The translations under genes were made by a program, and so were the position numbers. The notes under the pieces were generated by a model that worked only from the letters and a program-made list of their open reading frames with translations, did not search any database and was not told where the DNA came from. From the NCBI GenBank assembly GCA_001662655.1, contig KV460242.1: 64,000 bases of DNA. One strand, 5' to 3'. Every line of letters begins with the position of its first letter. The first letter of the stretch is position 1. Below, in pieces: positions 1 to 12,128 of the stretch. This DNA is from Pseudogymnoascus verrucosus (Eukaryota).

Positions 1-556
1 CCTCGGCACAGCCGTCTCCAAACACAAAGGATCTACCGTCGAACTCGACATGCCTAGCGAGCAGCTCGACATCGACTCTGGCTACGACGAGGCCCTGCGC
101 AACCTCCGCGATCGCATCGAGGTTCCCGAGGTCGGACCCTCGGAGGAGACCGCACAGGAGGACTACTACCGCGCCGTGCGCACGTACATGGTCGTCTCGT
201 GGATGGTGGCGAATGCCATCCTGGCCATGGCGGTGTCGGAGGCGTACCAGGGCAAGAACATCGGGAGCAACTCGTACCTAAAGTTTCTGCTTTGGTCTGT
301 AGCGGCTATCGCGCTGTTCCGCGCGGTGGGCAGCACGACGTTCCGCATCATTGAGCTGGTGGGTATGCTTATTGACGGGAAGGCGAAGTGGGAGAGCGGG
401 AGCTATAGGTGGGGGGGTAGCTCGGCGGCGGGGAGCACGGTGCTTAGCTCTAAGGCTAGGGGGGGTGGGTTTTGGTCGAAGTTTGGATTTGGGAGTGTTA
501 AGGATAAGATTAGTGATATCTCGAGTAGTATCGGGAGTAGTGTTTCGAGGAAGTGA
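1..556 (+). CDS. Chitin synthase (division 1, probably class II), 3' end only
   Basis: C-terminal motif [27 protein letters not shown] followed by [20 protein letters not shown], typical of fungal class I-III chitin synthase C-termini; ORF runs off the window start. Confidence 0.85.
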   Translation, partial: LGTAVSKHKGSTVELDMPSEQLDIDSGYDEALRNLRDRIEVPEVGPSEETAQEDYYRAVRTYMVVSWMVANAILAMAVSEAYQGKNIGSNSYLKFLLWSVAAIALFRAVGSTTFRIIELVGMLIDGKAKWESGSYRWGGSSAAGSTVLSSKARGGGFWSKFGFGSVKDKISDISSSIGSSVSRK

Positions 557-1276
557 GCGAACAGGGTTTGCGGAGGGGTTAATTGGCGATTTGATGGGGT
601 GGTGTGGAATTTACGGATGGGCAGGGGGGTAGGATATTGGATGGGTTTATGATCTGGGATATGTCTGGTTTTCGGGGTTGGCGTTGGGGGATTTGTGTAT
701 TATGGTGTAGACTGCTTTGTTTTATATCTGGTTATGAAATGGAGGGGATTGGGGACGAATGAAAGTTTTCGTTAAACGATCAACGGCTTTTTTTGAACAC
801 GTACCATCAGCCCTAAAGCTGCAACTTGCCAATCGCCGACTCTCAATTGTTACCCGTTGGCTTTACACCAGTTATAACTCTCGAAGTCAGCACAGGTATG
901 TTTTAAGGAAGCTTGGCAATTGCTATTATCAACCAAGGAGGGGACAAAAGTGTGGGGTACCGCGGCCCTGCGATTACAAATTTTGATCTTCCCGCTCGTA
1001 TCTTTGCCCTATGGCGGCGGGTAGCGGGGTAGATGGAGCTTGCTTTGTCAGGAACGGAGGGTATTGACCGATCTCACTTTCGTAAAACCCGGTGGTGACG
1101 GAGTTGGTTGGAGTTTAGTTGATATGTTGTGTTTGGCCGGTCAGCACTAGTGGTGTATATTATGGACAGATGCCCGCCCCAAAGTGAAGCCAGAGACATA
1201 TCTATTCCTCAAGCCACGAGAATAATTACCAGAAAATTGAACTTTTTATAACGACATCAGCCCACCAATATTCACC

Positions 1277-1878
1277 ATGACTTCCCTCTACGATCAATCC
1301 ATCCCGGTGCTAATCAAGTACCTCAACAACGTCTCTGTAGTCCTCGACAAGTCCATCGCCTATGCAGACGAGAAGGGCATTGCTCACGAGGAGCTCCTCA
1401 CTGCTCGCCTGAGAGATGACATGAGGCCGTAAGTCTAGCTGTCATTCCGTTTCGTAAATTCCTGTGCCATGCCTGGATTGTGCCTAATCTTACAACTCGA
1501 AATAGCCTTCCTTACCAGATCCAGTCCATGTCCAACACCGCTAAGTTCCTCTGCGTTCGCGCCTTCGGAATTGAGAATATTGTCCTAGAGGACAACGAGG
1601 CAACCTTCCCCGAGCTCCGCGCCCGAATTGCCAAGACGATCGAGATCCTCCAATCCGTGGACCCGGCGAAGATCGATGCCAAGAAGGCCGTCGAGGAGCC
1701 TATTATCATGGAGACGAAGATGGGCAACTTCAGGTTTGAGAGCGGGCAGGCGTATCTCAGCGAATATGCCATCCCGAACTTTCACTTCCATTTCTCGACG
1801 GCATACTGCATTTTGAGGAGCCTTGGTGTGCCATTGGGTGCTATGGATTATCTTAGCGGTGTCTTCCACAAGGTTTAG
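1277..1878 (+). CDS. DUF1993 family protein (DinB/YfiT-like fold); 2 exons, intron 1429-1505
   Basis: ATG 1277 gives MTSLYDQSIPVLIKYLNNV...LLTARLRDDMRP, then a GTAAGT...CTAAT...TAG intron, then LPYQIQ...FPELRARIAKT...YAIPNFHFHFSTAYCILRSLGVPLGAMDYL, the characteristic DUF1993 C-terminal motif. Confidence 0.85.
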
Positions 1879-2369
1879 ATTTCAAACTTTAGGTTAGGAA
1901 AATGCATATCATGCACAGCGTCATGATTGTGGCTGTTGAGAATCAAAAGAATTAAACTCTTGTTGTCCTCTATTAATAAAAGGCTGTAATTTATAGCTGG
2001 TTATCTACCTTAGATGCATTAGTTTTGTTTTGATTGACACAAGATTCAGTAAATTACCCGCCCAAAAAGATCGCGGCAACGAAATAAAGATTTAAGCCTC
2101 ATATATTTCTGGATACTCGCCCATGTCACCTTCTCACGCCATAGTGGCTAAGGAATAAGCTTATTAAACTATAATTTTAGAACAACAGTAGGGAATAGAA
2201 CCCATACTAAGCACCCGCACACCTCAATTCTGGTTTCCCGCAGGGACTTCCACTCGTAGTCCTCAATCGCGATATATAGTTGTAGAAATACTGTACGTTA
2301 ATCTGGAGTTATCATAATAGTATCAACATTTCAGCTCTCATAGTTACTCCCATCCCTCTAATTGAAACA

Positions 2370-2441
2370 GGCCCTTTGGCGCAATGGTAGCGCGTGGTCC
2401 TCCTAAGACTGAGGTTGTCGGTTCGAGTCCGATGAGGGTCG
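2370..2441 (+). tRNA. tRNA-Arg (anticodon CCT), intronless
   Basis: Cloverleaf: acceptor GGCCCTT/GAGGGTC, D-arm GCGC-AATGGTA-GCGC, anticodon arm TGGTC-CTCCTAA-GACTG, T-arm GTCGG-TTCGAGT-CCGAT; oligo-T Pol III terminator just downstream. Confidence 0.9.
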
Positions 2442-2557
2442 TTTACCTTTTTGACATTTTTTGTTTTTTTTTAAGAAAAAATACTATATTCCTAGTCTAA
2501 TTAATCTCTAGCCCCTTTCCTTTCACATATCATCAAATAACTGCATCAAATAACTAA

Positions 2558-3766
2558 TTAAAATTGAGACCCATTAACCGTAGTGAGCAATCTCTCGACA
2601 AACAGCGTCTTTCGAAGGTATACTACTACAAAGCTTGGAATTCTAAACCACCCAAAATGGCCGGTTCCCGATGTCTTCCCGATCTGAAAGCCCATAAATT
2701 CTAAACAACATTAGCTGAAGCTCTGATTTGACACTCAATTAACGTACTGCTTGTGAATGGTTGGTATGGGGGCGGTATCTTGGCATCGCTGAGGATGGAT
2801 GAAATGGCTTTAGCCACATAGGTCGATTGCCTGTCACAGGACAGAAACTGCGAGTACTCCGTATCACAGACATCGCCGATGGCCCACACTGACTTGGCAT
2901 TCTTAACTTTGAGATACTCATCGACCACAACGTATCCCTGGGTATTGAGGAACTTTTCTGGGACGTATGAAGTGTTCGGGACCAAACCAAAGGTTGGAAT
3001 GGTCAAGTCTGTGGACAGTCTCTCTCCGCTCGAAAGGACGAGTTCTAGCCGACCATCTGGCTTTTGGATCGAGCTCGTCATTTTCGTTTGTAGCCTAATG
3101 TCGACGTTCAACTTCTCAAGCGAGTTCGTAGATATCTTCGATACACTTGCTGGGCTGCCCTCGAGAACTGTTGATCCACTGCCTAGCTGCGAGTAGTGTT
3201 AACAGGGGAAGATGCCTTCAGGTTCTCAACTAAATGCTTACCAGAATAATCTTCTTCGTTTGTCCGTACTCGAACGCTAGTTCACCAGCAACCTCAACAC
3301 CTGTCACACCAGCACCACAAACAACAATTGTCTCCGCCTTTGCTACCTTTGCTTGGAAGCCATGCAGTGCGTCCTTCGTAGCTTGTGTCGATCCCACTCC
3401 TTTAAACGGCATGCCTTCCCTGTCATTGGTCCCAGTAGCAAGAATAAGAAGATCGTAGTCGAGAATTATATTATTGGAAACCCTCACTTTTTTGGCGTCG
3501 ACGTCGAGCGATTCGGCATATCCAACAACAAACTCAAATTGACCAGCGGGATATTGGTCGAAGCCAGCACTGATCGGCTGGAAAAGCTTGTCATCCTCGA
3601 TCTGACCTGGGATTATGCCTCGAGGTGACGCAATATTCCAGTAGAAATCTGTATTCGGAGAAATAAGAGTGATCTTGAAGGGTGTAGTGTTCGTAGCTTG
3701 CTTAAGGATCCGATGAGCTGTGCTGACTCCAGCGTAGGAGCCACCGAGAATGACGATATTTTTCAT
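2558..3766 (-). CDS. AIF/AMID (FSP1)-like FAD-dependent pyridine nucleotide oxidoreductase; introns 3187-3241 and 2701-2747
   Basis: N-terminal IVILGGSYAG, YDLLILATG, second dinucleotide motif IVVCGAGVTGVEVAGEL, GYVVVDEYLKV and VWAIGD; canonical introns join three ORF pieces in frame. Confidence 0.9.
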
Positions 3767-3974
3767 GATGATAGGAGGTTTTTTTCGTATGAGTAACTGA
3801 CAAAGAAGAAGGATGAGGCTGCTGCTTTGAAGTTTTCGCTGTGGGACGGATCATATATAGCATTTTGAAGTAAATGTGCCTTGGTAAGGCGACCATATGT
3901 CAAGTACAGAATCATGCTTATGAAGCAGGCAACACAAGCTTGTCTCCTTAGATTGCACCATGCGAGCTGTCACC

Positions 3975-3999
3975 ACGGATTTATCGACGGATTTATCGG
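3975..3999. promoter_or_regulatory. Tandem ACGGATTTATCG x2 (three CGG triplets); candidate Zn2Cys6 binding site ~210 bp upstream of the AIF-like gene
   Basis: Perfect 12-bp direct repeat with CGG triplets; TATA-like ATATATA near 3853; a Zn2Cys6 gene is adjacent. Confidence 0.4.
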
Positions 4000-4586
4000 G
4001 AGTTATCTTGACTTCCGATGTATTTAGTAATTTTTGCTAATGTGTGAGTTTTCATACCGGCTAGAACATGATGAACACTCTAAGAATGGATATACCAAGG
4101 TCGACGAAGGATTAGCGCGGCGGAGCAACCAACCAGACGTGGCACCGCAGTCGCATCCAATAACAGCGACTTGCGCCGAACCCATCTTCCGCGCCCAACA
4201 GCCAATCAGAAGCAGAACCGCAGCGCGCAACAATGGCCAAGCATGTTTCTTTCAACGTCCATAGAATACAATTTTAAATCGCCTTCTTCAGGGATTCAGC
4301 CTCAGATTAGAGACGGGCCTTAAACGTAGGCTAGTCTTGGTTCGCTGCTCTAATGGCGAATCATGGCGTAAACCGCCCGTTCAACCAATCGAAGGGATTT
4401 CCGCAGAGAGCTGTGTTCAAAGTTTTGTAGCCTGCCCCTTGCGAAGTATGAGGATTTCTTTGTAATTGAAAGAAGTCTCGTTGAAATCATTGGTAATTGT
4501 ACACCTATGTTCCATTCATCGTGTCTACCCCTCGGAAGTGGGTTCCCCTCCGCAATCTCGAGGAAGAGTTTGGCTTTGAACACCCA

Positions 4587-6220
4587 TTAAATAAGTAGGA
4601 TATCATGAATGGGTTCGAGGCTACTCTCCCACAGGAAGGTAGGGTCGGCCCTCCTCTTATTCCAGACCTCTTCTAGAGCTGGCAAGATCCTCGCCCGTTG
4701 TTTAAGTGAGGGATCGAGTAGGGGCGGAGATGAAAAGACGTCCCGGAAGAACTGCTCGTCCCCCTGCCTCGCCACTGACCCAATAACATACAATGGCGCG
4801 ACGACGGCTGGCAGAAGATGCGTGGGAACCTCCGTTTGAAGCATTATCATGACCCTAGAAATGACTGCGTCTAATTCTCCAAGTTGTTGGAAGCCATGGG
4901 TAATCAAGTGAAGATAAACCAATGCCATGCTTGCAAACACTGGCGTAATGAGCGCTGACGGATTGCATAATGCGACAGAATCGGGTCCAGAGGCATTTAA
5001 GCCGCTCTGTATCTCTAGGTTGATATCGATGATAGTCTGCTTAAACCCCACACAATTGAAGTGTCCCTGTCGCAACGATTGAAGCCTATCTGCGTGCAGC
5101 GCAGCGATACGGCCGATTTGAAGCATGACCCAGTTCTTGCAGCCCATAATATCTTCAAGTTGGGTCTGGGAATCCGGGGCCATAACGGTAGAATGACTCT
5201 GTAGTAAATGTGGTGTAGTTGTTGCTGTGATGCACGATATAATATCAAGCCAGATCAGCGTCCCACTAATAAATCTAGATTGCGCTGCTTCGTTGGAAAC
5301 AAGAGCTTCGCGTTCGAGAAGTGGAAGGTCGTTTAATGCCGTCTTTGATTCGCTAGACAGATCAAGTGGTACCAAATCAGGTCTGTTCCTCCGCTGATAC
5401 ATATTCATTGCTGCACGCAGATGAGCCTGCCATGCATTGCCGTAGTTGGTAAATAGCTGGAAATGTCAGAGAAGAAAATGATGTATGGACGAGATAATAC
5501 CTCAAAAAATGACAGCTGGATGATCGTCATCATGATACTCAACTCTCCGTTTGGACAGGACGTATGAGTAAACGTATTAAGTGATTTTATACAAATTTCA
5601 AGGTGTTTTTCCTGCATGACCAGCGTAGCGATTTGGCATGGTTGGCTGAGCATGACAGATGCGGCTGTCTGGTAATGGTATGCGCTCAGGGCCAGAGCGG
5701 CATGATAAAGTGACTTTGTTTGAAGCAGAGCGGATAGTAGCCAGCCACGCCCTCCTTCTTGTATTGCCGGTTTATACACGGGGTATTGAAGTGGGAATAC
5801 ATGATCCAGGAAGTGCATTAGGAGAGCAGTCTCATCTGCTGAGAAGGCGGGCTCGTGTCTCTAATTAAAGTTATTTTGGAGTCTTAATACTGGAAAGAAT
5901 CGACTTACATCTTGACTTGGAGCAGGGGACGACGAACTCTCTGATAAAGTAGTTGACTTGGGTGCTATCTTGGCTGGGTCACGTTGCTTTATAGATTGGG
6001 CTGCTTTGCGTCTTGATGTTTGCTTTACAACTTCTTTGATGCCATTCGACACTGCTCTTTCACCGTCACCGCCATCCATCCAGTCAGGTTTTGATCCATA
6101 GCCATGACATGTGATGGATAGCGATTCACAGGTCGAGCACTGAGGGTGGCCTTCGTCGCATTTCTTCTTGCGCAGGCGGCAGGTCCAGCAGCCCTGCTTG
6201 CTCCACAACGGCGGAGCCAT
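4587..6220 (-). CDS. Zn(II)2Cys6 transcription factor with fungal-specific TF domain (Pro1/UPC2-like architecture), multi-exon
   Basis: GCWTCRLRKKKCDEGHPQCSTCESLSITC binuclear cluster; downstream HFLDHVFPLQYP...GGRGWLL, WLDIISCIT and LEDIMGCKNWVMLQIGRIAAL. Confidence 0.9.
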
Positions 6221-6965
6221 TCAGGGAGTAGCTAGCAATTTTCACAAGTTTATATTATATAGAGATAGTAATTATATAGATGGAGGTAGTATTATGCGTG
6301 GAGCGGATGTAGTTTGTTGAGTGCTGACGAATGCCTTAAACGCGGCCGGATTGTACGGTGGTACTTGTAGGCACGTACCATAATGATGTGGAATAAATGC
6401 TTAAGTTTGAAGGGAGGAACAAGGTCCACGCCGCTTGCGACCGGCGGAATCGGCGGAGATCGGCTTCTGATAGTGATCCAACCACAGCCTAGTCGTGGTC
6501 AAACCCTCCGACGACGACAACGACGATAATAACTCATGGAATGTTTCTAGTGACTACTCCGTATATTTCAATGGTTAATACAGAGTACTGACACTACTAC
6601 AGGTATAGCTGGACAGTGCGGAGACATCCCACTGAGACTCTAAGGGACAGTAATCATCTTGGCGGCGTCACAGCAAGGCCTAACTCCAACCATCCCGAAT
6701 TAGGGAATTATAGTTGTTGATTATGGTGGGGTAGCGGAAGTAATCTCTCTACCAACTCCGACATTAAGCTTCATTAGGAGTAAAATATACAGAATAGGAA
6801 GTAAAGATGAAGATGCGTGGAGATGTGGAGATGACGGCCGACCGAGGCCAAGCATGTGAGCTCCCCACGACGATCGACATATAAAAGACAAAAAGGCAGG
6901 ATTAGCAAAATGCGAAGCTATTCCGGCTTCTACGGCTTCTCCAATAAGCTACAGCAACTGAAGTC

Positions 6966-8997
6966 ATGAAGCTCTGCCGTATTACGTGCTTAATAGCCTC
7001 GACAGTGGTCGCAGTGTACGTTATTCCCCCGCTTTACCTATCCTAGGCACTTATAATTGACTCTGAAAAGGCGCGCGGCGACCTATGAGTACATCGTCGT
7101 CGGCAGCGGCGCTGGTGGTGGCGTTTTGGCTGCTCGTCTTGCGCTCGCTGGGCGCAGTGTTCTTCTGATTGAGGCTGGCGATGACCAAGGTACCAACGAC
7201 AATTACACCATCCCCGCCTACAATGCCAAGTCTACTGAAGACCCCTCCATGGCCTGGGATTTCTTCGTTAGACATTACGAAGACGATACTCGCCAAGCAA
7301 AAGACTTCAAGCTCACTTACACGACGCCTGATGGCAAGGAGTACACTGGCTTGGAACCCCCCGCCGGCGCCGCGATCAAGGGCGTCCTCTACCCTCGCTC
7401 TGCAACACTCGGCGGATGCACCGCCCACAATGCCATGGTGGCCATCTATCCCCATCAGGACGACTTCCAGTACCTTGCTAGCCTCACTGGCGACGGTTCG
7501 TGGACTCCCAGCAACATGCGGAAGTATTTTGCCAAACTGGAAAATGCCGCATACCTACAAGGCCTTCTCAGCCCAGGCCACGGGCACAGTGGCTGGTTGG
7601 GCGTCGACCTAGCTCCAGTAACTCTCGCGCTTCAAGACCTCAAGCTTCTAAGCATGATTCAAGGTGCCATTACAGCCCTCGGAGGCCTGACTGAGAGCAT
7701 CCTCAACCTCGCGACCTTTCTGGCTGGCGATGCAAATGCTGACTCCCGACTCCGCGACAGCACTCAAGCCCTCTACCAGGTCCCTACCGCCTCGAAAGAT
7801 GGCGCACGAAGCGGTGTTCGTGACTTCATCCTCTCGGTGAACAACGCGGTCAACAAGGATGGCTTGAAGAAGTACAAGCTTGAAATCCGCACCCACTGCC
7901 TCGCGACTAAAGTCAACTTCGACACCTCTAACCCCCCCAAAGCTACCGGTGTCTCCTTCCTCGACGGTCAGAGCCTCTATCGTGCTGATCCTAGGTCTGG
8001 CAAGGCATCTGCTGGAACACCGGGCTCTGCAACCGCGTCTCGCGAGGTCATCATTTCGGGCGGGACCTACAATTCGCCGCAACTGCTCAAACTCAGTGGC
8101 ATTGGACCTGCAGCTGAGCTCAAAAAAATTGGCATCCCTGTGGTGAAGGATCTCCCGGGCGTTGGAGCCAATCTTCAAGACCACTACGAAGTGGCAGTCC
8201 AAGGAACGACGCCTACAGACTTTGACGTCCTTAAAGGCTGTACCTTTGGCACCACCGATGAAAACGATCCATGCCTCAAGAAATGGCACAATGGGAAGAT
8301 TGCGCTCACCAGGGGGACATATGTCTCCAACGGCTTCATCGCCGCCATGTTCATCAAGAGCAGCCAGTCTCCCGACGGTAATTATGATGAGTTGGCCTTC
8401 GGCGGGCCCCTTAACTTCCGTGGCTACTATCCTGGATACGCGGTCGATGCTACGGCCGCAAAAAACGTCTGGACATGGGCTCTCCTGAAGGCGCATCCAC
8501 GTAACACAGCTGGGACTGTGGAACTGGCGTCAGCCGACCCCCGAGACCCCCCCAAGATCTCTTTCAACTATGTAAGAATTTAAATCCCATTCCCATACAG
8601 CTGCTAATATCATCCTTGATAGTTCGACGCAGGTTCTGGTGACTATGCAGCCGATCTTGAGACAATTACTGAGTCTATCCGGATCGCGCGCTGGGCAATC
8701 GGAAACCAGACTGTCCCATTGACTGAGGTCCTACCAGGACCTTCAGTGAAGTCCACCGAAGAAATCCAAGAGTACATCAAGAACACCGCGTGGGGACATC
8801 ACGCCTCGTGTACGTGTGCGATCGGTGCAGACGGCGACCCCATGGCTGTGTTGGATTCGAAATTCCGCGTCCGGGGCGTGTCAGGTCTCCGCGTCGTCGA
8901 CGCCTCGGTCTACCCGAGGATTCCAGGCACATTCACTTTGTTGTCTACGTATATTGTTGGTGAGAAGGCGGCCGATGTAATCTTGAGCGGGTTGTAG
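6966..8997 (+). CDS. Secreted GMC (AA3) oxidoreductase, choline dehydrogenase-like; introns 7016-7070 and ~8572-8622
   Basis: Spliced N-terminus MKLCRITCLIASTVVAVRAATYEYIVVGSGAGG (signal peptide plus FAD motif); LGGCTAHNAM, SPQLLKLSGIGP, LPGVGANLQDH, WGHHASCTC, GLRVVDASVYP. Confidence 0.9.
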
Positions 8998-9810
8998 TAA
9001 ACCAAAGGTGATTTTTAGGGTAGTGGTAGGCGCAGAGAGCGCCTCGGAGATAGACATATAGGGCTTCGGAGATGTGAATATCTCAGCTATTTCTAATATT
9101 AGCGAACAACGAAGTAGTCGACGTACTCGCAACTAATGGAATATGATTGAAGGGAAAATAAAGCCGCGGTGCTGTTTTATTTTCTCCTCCAATAATTGTT
9201 GTGGTTCTTGTCGATCAAGCTGATTAGTATGGAGTGTACTGTAACTTGACGTTACTTTGAAGTTGTAGAGTATTAGCTCGCGTTTAATAGCAACCTCACT
9301 GGTTGGACCCCGCAATTTACTAGAGAGGTCTAAATTTCCGTACGTCAACTTCCCCACACCCTGTCGAGTAGCTGTTGCTCTCTTAGCAAGGATTCACAGT
9401 AGCTGGGATTTATTCTTGTTTATAAGGGATTTCTCAGCCAAAAGAGAGCAACACCCTCTTTTTGGTGCCGTAAATAGCTGCATAGCACCCTGGTAATATT
9501 CTGACACCACCCCCACAATACCCTGCATTTTCCAAGGATTATATACCTGATCAGAGTATCTCCGGTTTGCCTAAATGTACTTGGCGGAGGCTTGAGACGC
9601 TTGATTCAACCTCTCATAGTACTGTACATAACTAGTACTTTGATACTTTGATATTGTGACAGACGGCTTCTACGCCTCTACCTCTATAAGTTATAATATG
9701 TATGTGACTTTCCCCAATTTATCCCTTCGTCCATTAGACTTGGGAAATTCTATCCTCCGTCTCCTATAATATCTCCTCACTTTGTTAATTCGTGCCTCGC
9801 TGTCGCCACG

Positions 9811-11658
9811 ATGGGGCTCCTCCAGCTGATTATCCGCAACGATGCGATGAAAACGGATCCGCATGAGATCTATGGATGGAGAGTATATGCTGTTGCTTGT
9901 TCGGTGAGTTTTCCAGACAGATTCTAGAGGCAAATAAATGATAATCTAATGATGTTCATACTATAGGCCAGCTTCGGTGCCCTCCTGTTCGGTATGGACT
10001 CAGGCACCATCGGCGGCGTTCTCACAATGCCCTCGTTCAAAATGTAAGATGAGGGCCACCTTTAGCTGGGCAACTGACCACGAATGTTAACATCTTCAAA
10101 CAGAAAGTACGGCATCGAGGATCTTGACAAGGGGGCCAGAGCCAATCTGAGCTCCAATATTGTTTCCACACTACAAGCTGGTTGTTTCGCGGGATCCCTC
10201 ATTGGATCATATGTAGCCGATAGAATTGGCCGAAAGCCCGGACAGCTCCTGTGTGCAATTATTGCATTGATTGGATGTATACTCCAGGCTGCTTCTGCCG
10301 GGCACCTCGTTGCCCTCTACTTCGGCCGGTTTATTGCTGGCTTGGGGACCGGGGGAGCTTCGATGATGGCGCCGGTTTATATCTCCGAAAACTCACCACG
10401 TGCCATTCGAGGTGCTGTGACGGGGCTCTACCAACTCTTTATTGTTGTTGGCATCATGTTAAGTTATTGGATCAACGTAGGACGTACCCCATATATGAAA
10501 ATACATGATGAGCTAACATTATATCCAGTACGGCTGCCTCGTTCATCTCAAAGGCGACGCCCAATGGGGCGTGGCTCTCGGAATGCAATCTATCCCCCCA
10601 TTCCTTCTCTTCTTCACCATGATCTTCTGCAACGAGTCACCCCGGTGGCTGGCAAAGCAAGACCAATGGGAAAAGGCCAAGGACACCCTCCAAACACTCC
10701 GACAGCTCCCAATGGATCACCCGTATCTCCAAGAAGAATTCAACGACATGGCCTCACAACTCGAGCATGAGCGCCTGCTAGTCGGCGGCGAAACGTTCTG
10801 GAGCCTCCAAAGGGAAATGTGGACCATCCCTGGAAACCGAAAGCGTGTCCTCATCAGTATCGGCCTCATGATTTGCCAGCAGATGACGGGAACCAACGCA
10901 ATTAATTACTATGCCCCGCAAATATTCGAGAATGTCGGTATCACCGGTAATAAGAATGGGCTGCTCGCCACTGGTGTCTACGGTATCATCAAGGTCCTCG
11001 GCGTCGTCTTTTTCCTCCTCTTCATGGCAGATTCGCTTGGTCGCCGAAAATCCCTGCTGTATACATCGGTGATCATGGTCGTCTGGATGTTTTACATCGG
11101 CTTCTACGTCCGCTTTGACCCCCCTGAGGCAGGGAAAGCTATCCCCCCTGCTGGCTATGCCGCTCTCACTTTCATCTTTTTCTTTGCTGTGTCCTTTGAG
11201 GTTGGATGGGGACCCGTTTGCTGGATCTACGTTTCTGAGATCCCGTCCGCGAGGTTGCGATCCATGAATGTGGCTATCGCTGCGGCGACACAGTGGCTCT
11301 TCAATTTTGTGGTTGCCAAAAGCGTACCGACTATGTTGGTGACAGTTGGGGCGAACGGTTATGGGTATGCCTCACTATTTCTGTAAACCCGAAGCAATCT
11401 CCTTGTTGCATCATAACACTAACGTGAAACCTCTTTAGGACTTACTTCATATTTGGCTCCTTTTGCGCCGCCATGTTCGTCTTCACGTGGTTCTTCGTCC
11501 CTGAAACCAAAGGCATCTCGCTGGAACGAATGGACGACCTCTTCGGTGTGACACGACTTGTAGAGGAGAAGATGGAGAGGGAAGAAATACCGCCTCAAAA
11601 TGACTCGACCCATAAAGATCCCTCTGCCACGAATGGTGAGAAGGTCGAAACTATCTAA
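9811..11658 (+). CDS. MFS sugar porter, quinate permease-like; ~6 exons
   Basis: [80 protein letters not shown] and PETKGISLE sugar-porter motifs. Confidence 0.9.
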
Positions 11659-11771
11659 TAATTGTGGCCGAGGGGAATTTATTTAGGTGAGCTGTAGGGA
11701 ATGTGTAAGGACATAAGAGCACAGAGAGTGTCATCTTAAACTATTAAGGCGTGTGATAATTTAGTCACCTA

Positions 11772-12097
11772 ACGTGCATCCCTGCATCACGGGACGCACC
11801 CCGTGACGGGACAAACTATTAGTACTTTGAATTTAATTAATTCTAAATTTGTAAGCCTATTAAAAATTCTAGTATTTTTGTGTTAGCTATGTATGTAGCT
11901 ACTCTTAAATAGACTAAACCCTAGCTACTCTAAAATTTACGATCACGTTGTTACCGTTACGCCTGTTTACAGAGGGCGTTAATTTAAAGTATAATATTAC
12001 TCCTAATACTTAGAGGGTCTTATCTAAGCTTTAGAGCCTCATTATGATGTGGGAGATTAATATCAGCTTTATGGCGGCTGTACGGCGCAAATTCATG
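11772..12097 (+). mobile_element. Left inverted arm (~325 bp) of a putative cargo-carrying element; begins like a Fot1/pogo terminus (TA|ACGTGCATC...)
   Basis: TA then ACGT terminus with two ~13-bp direct repeats (..CACGGGAC / ..GACGGGAC), the same layout as the TIR at 15307; 11776-11970 matches 14667-14862 directly and 11966-12097 matches 14180-14350 inverted, differing mainly by C>T/G>A changes. Confidence 0.7.
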
Positions 12098-12128
12098 CTG
12101 AAACTTGTGCTCTCTTAGTACGTATTTT

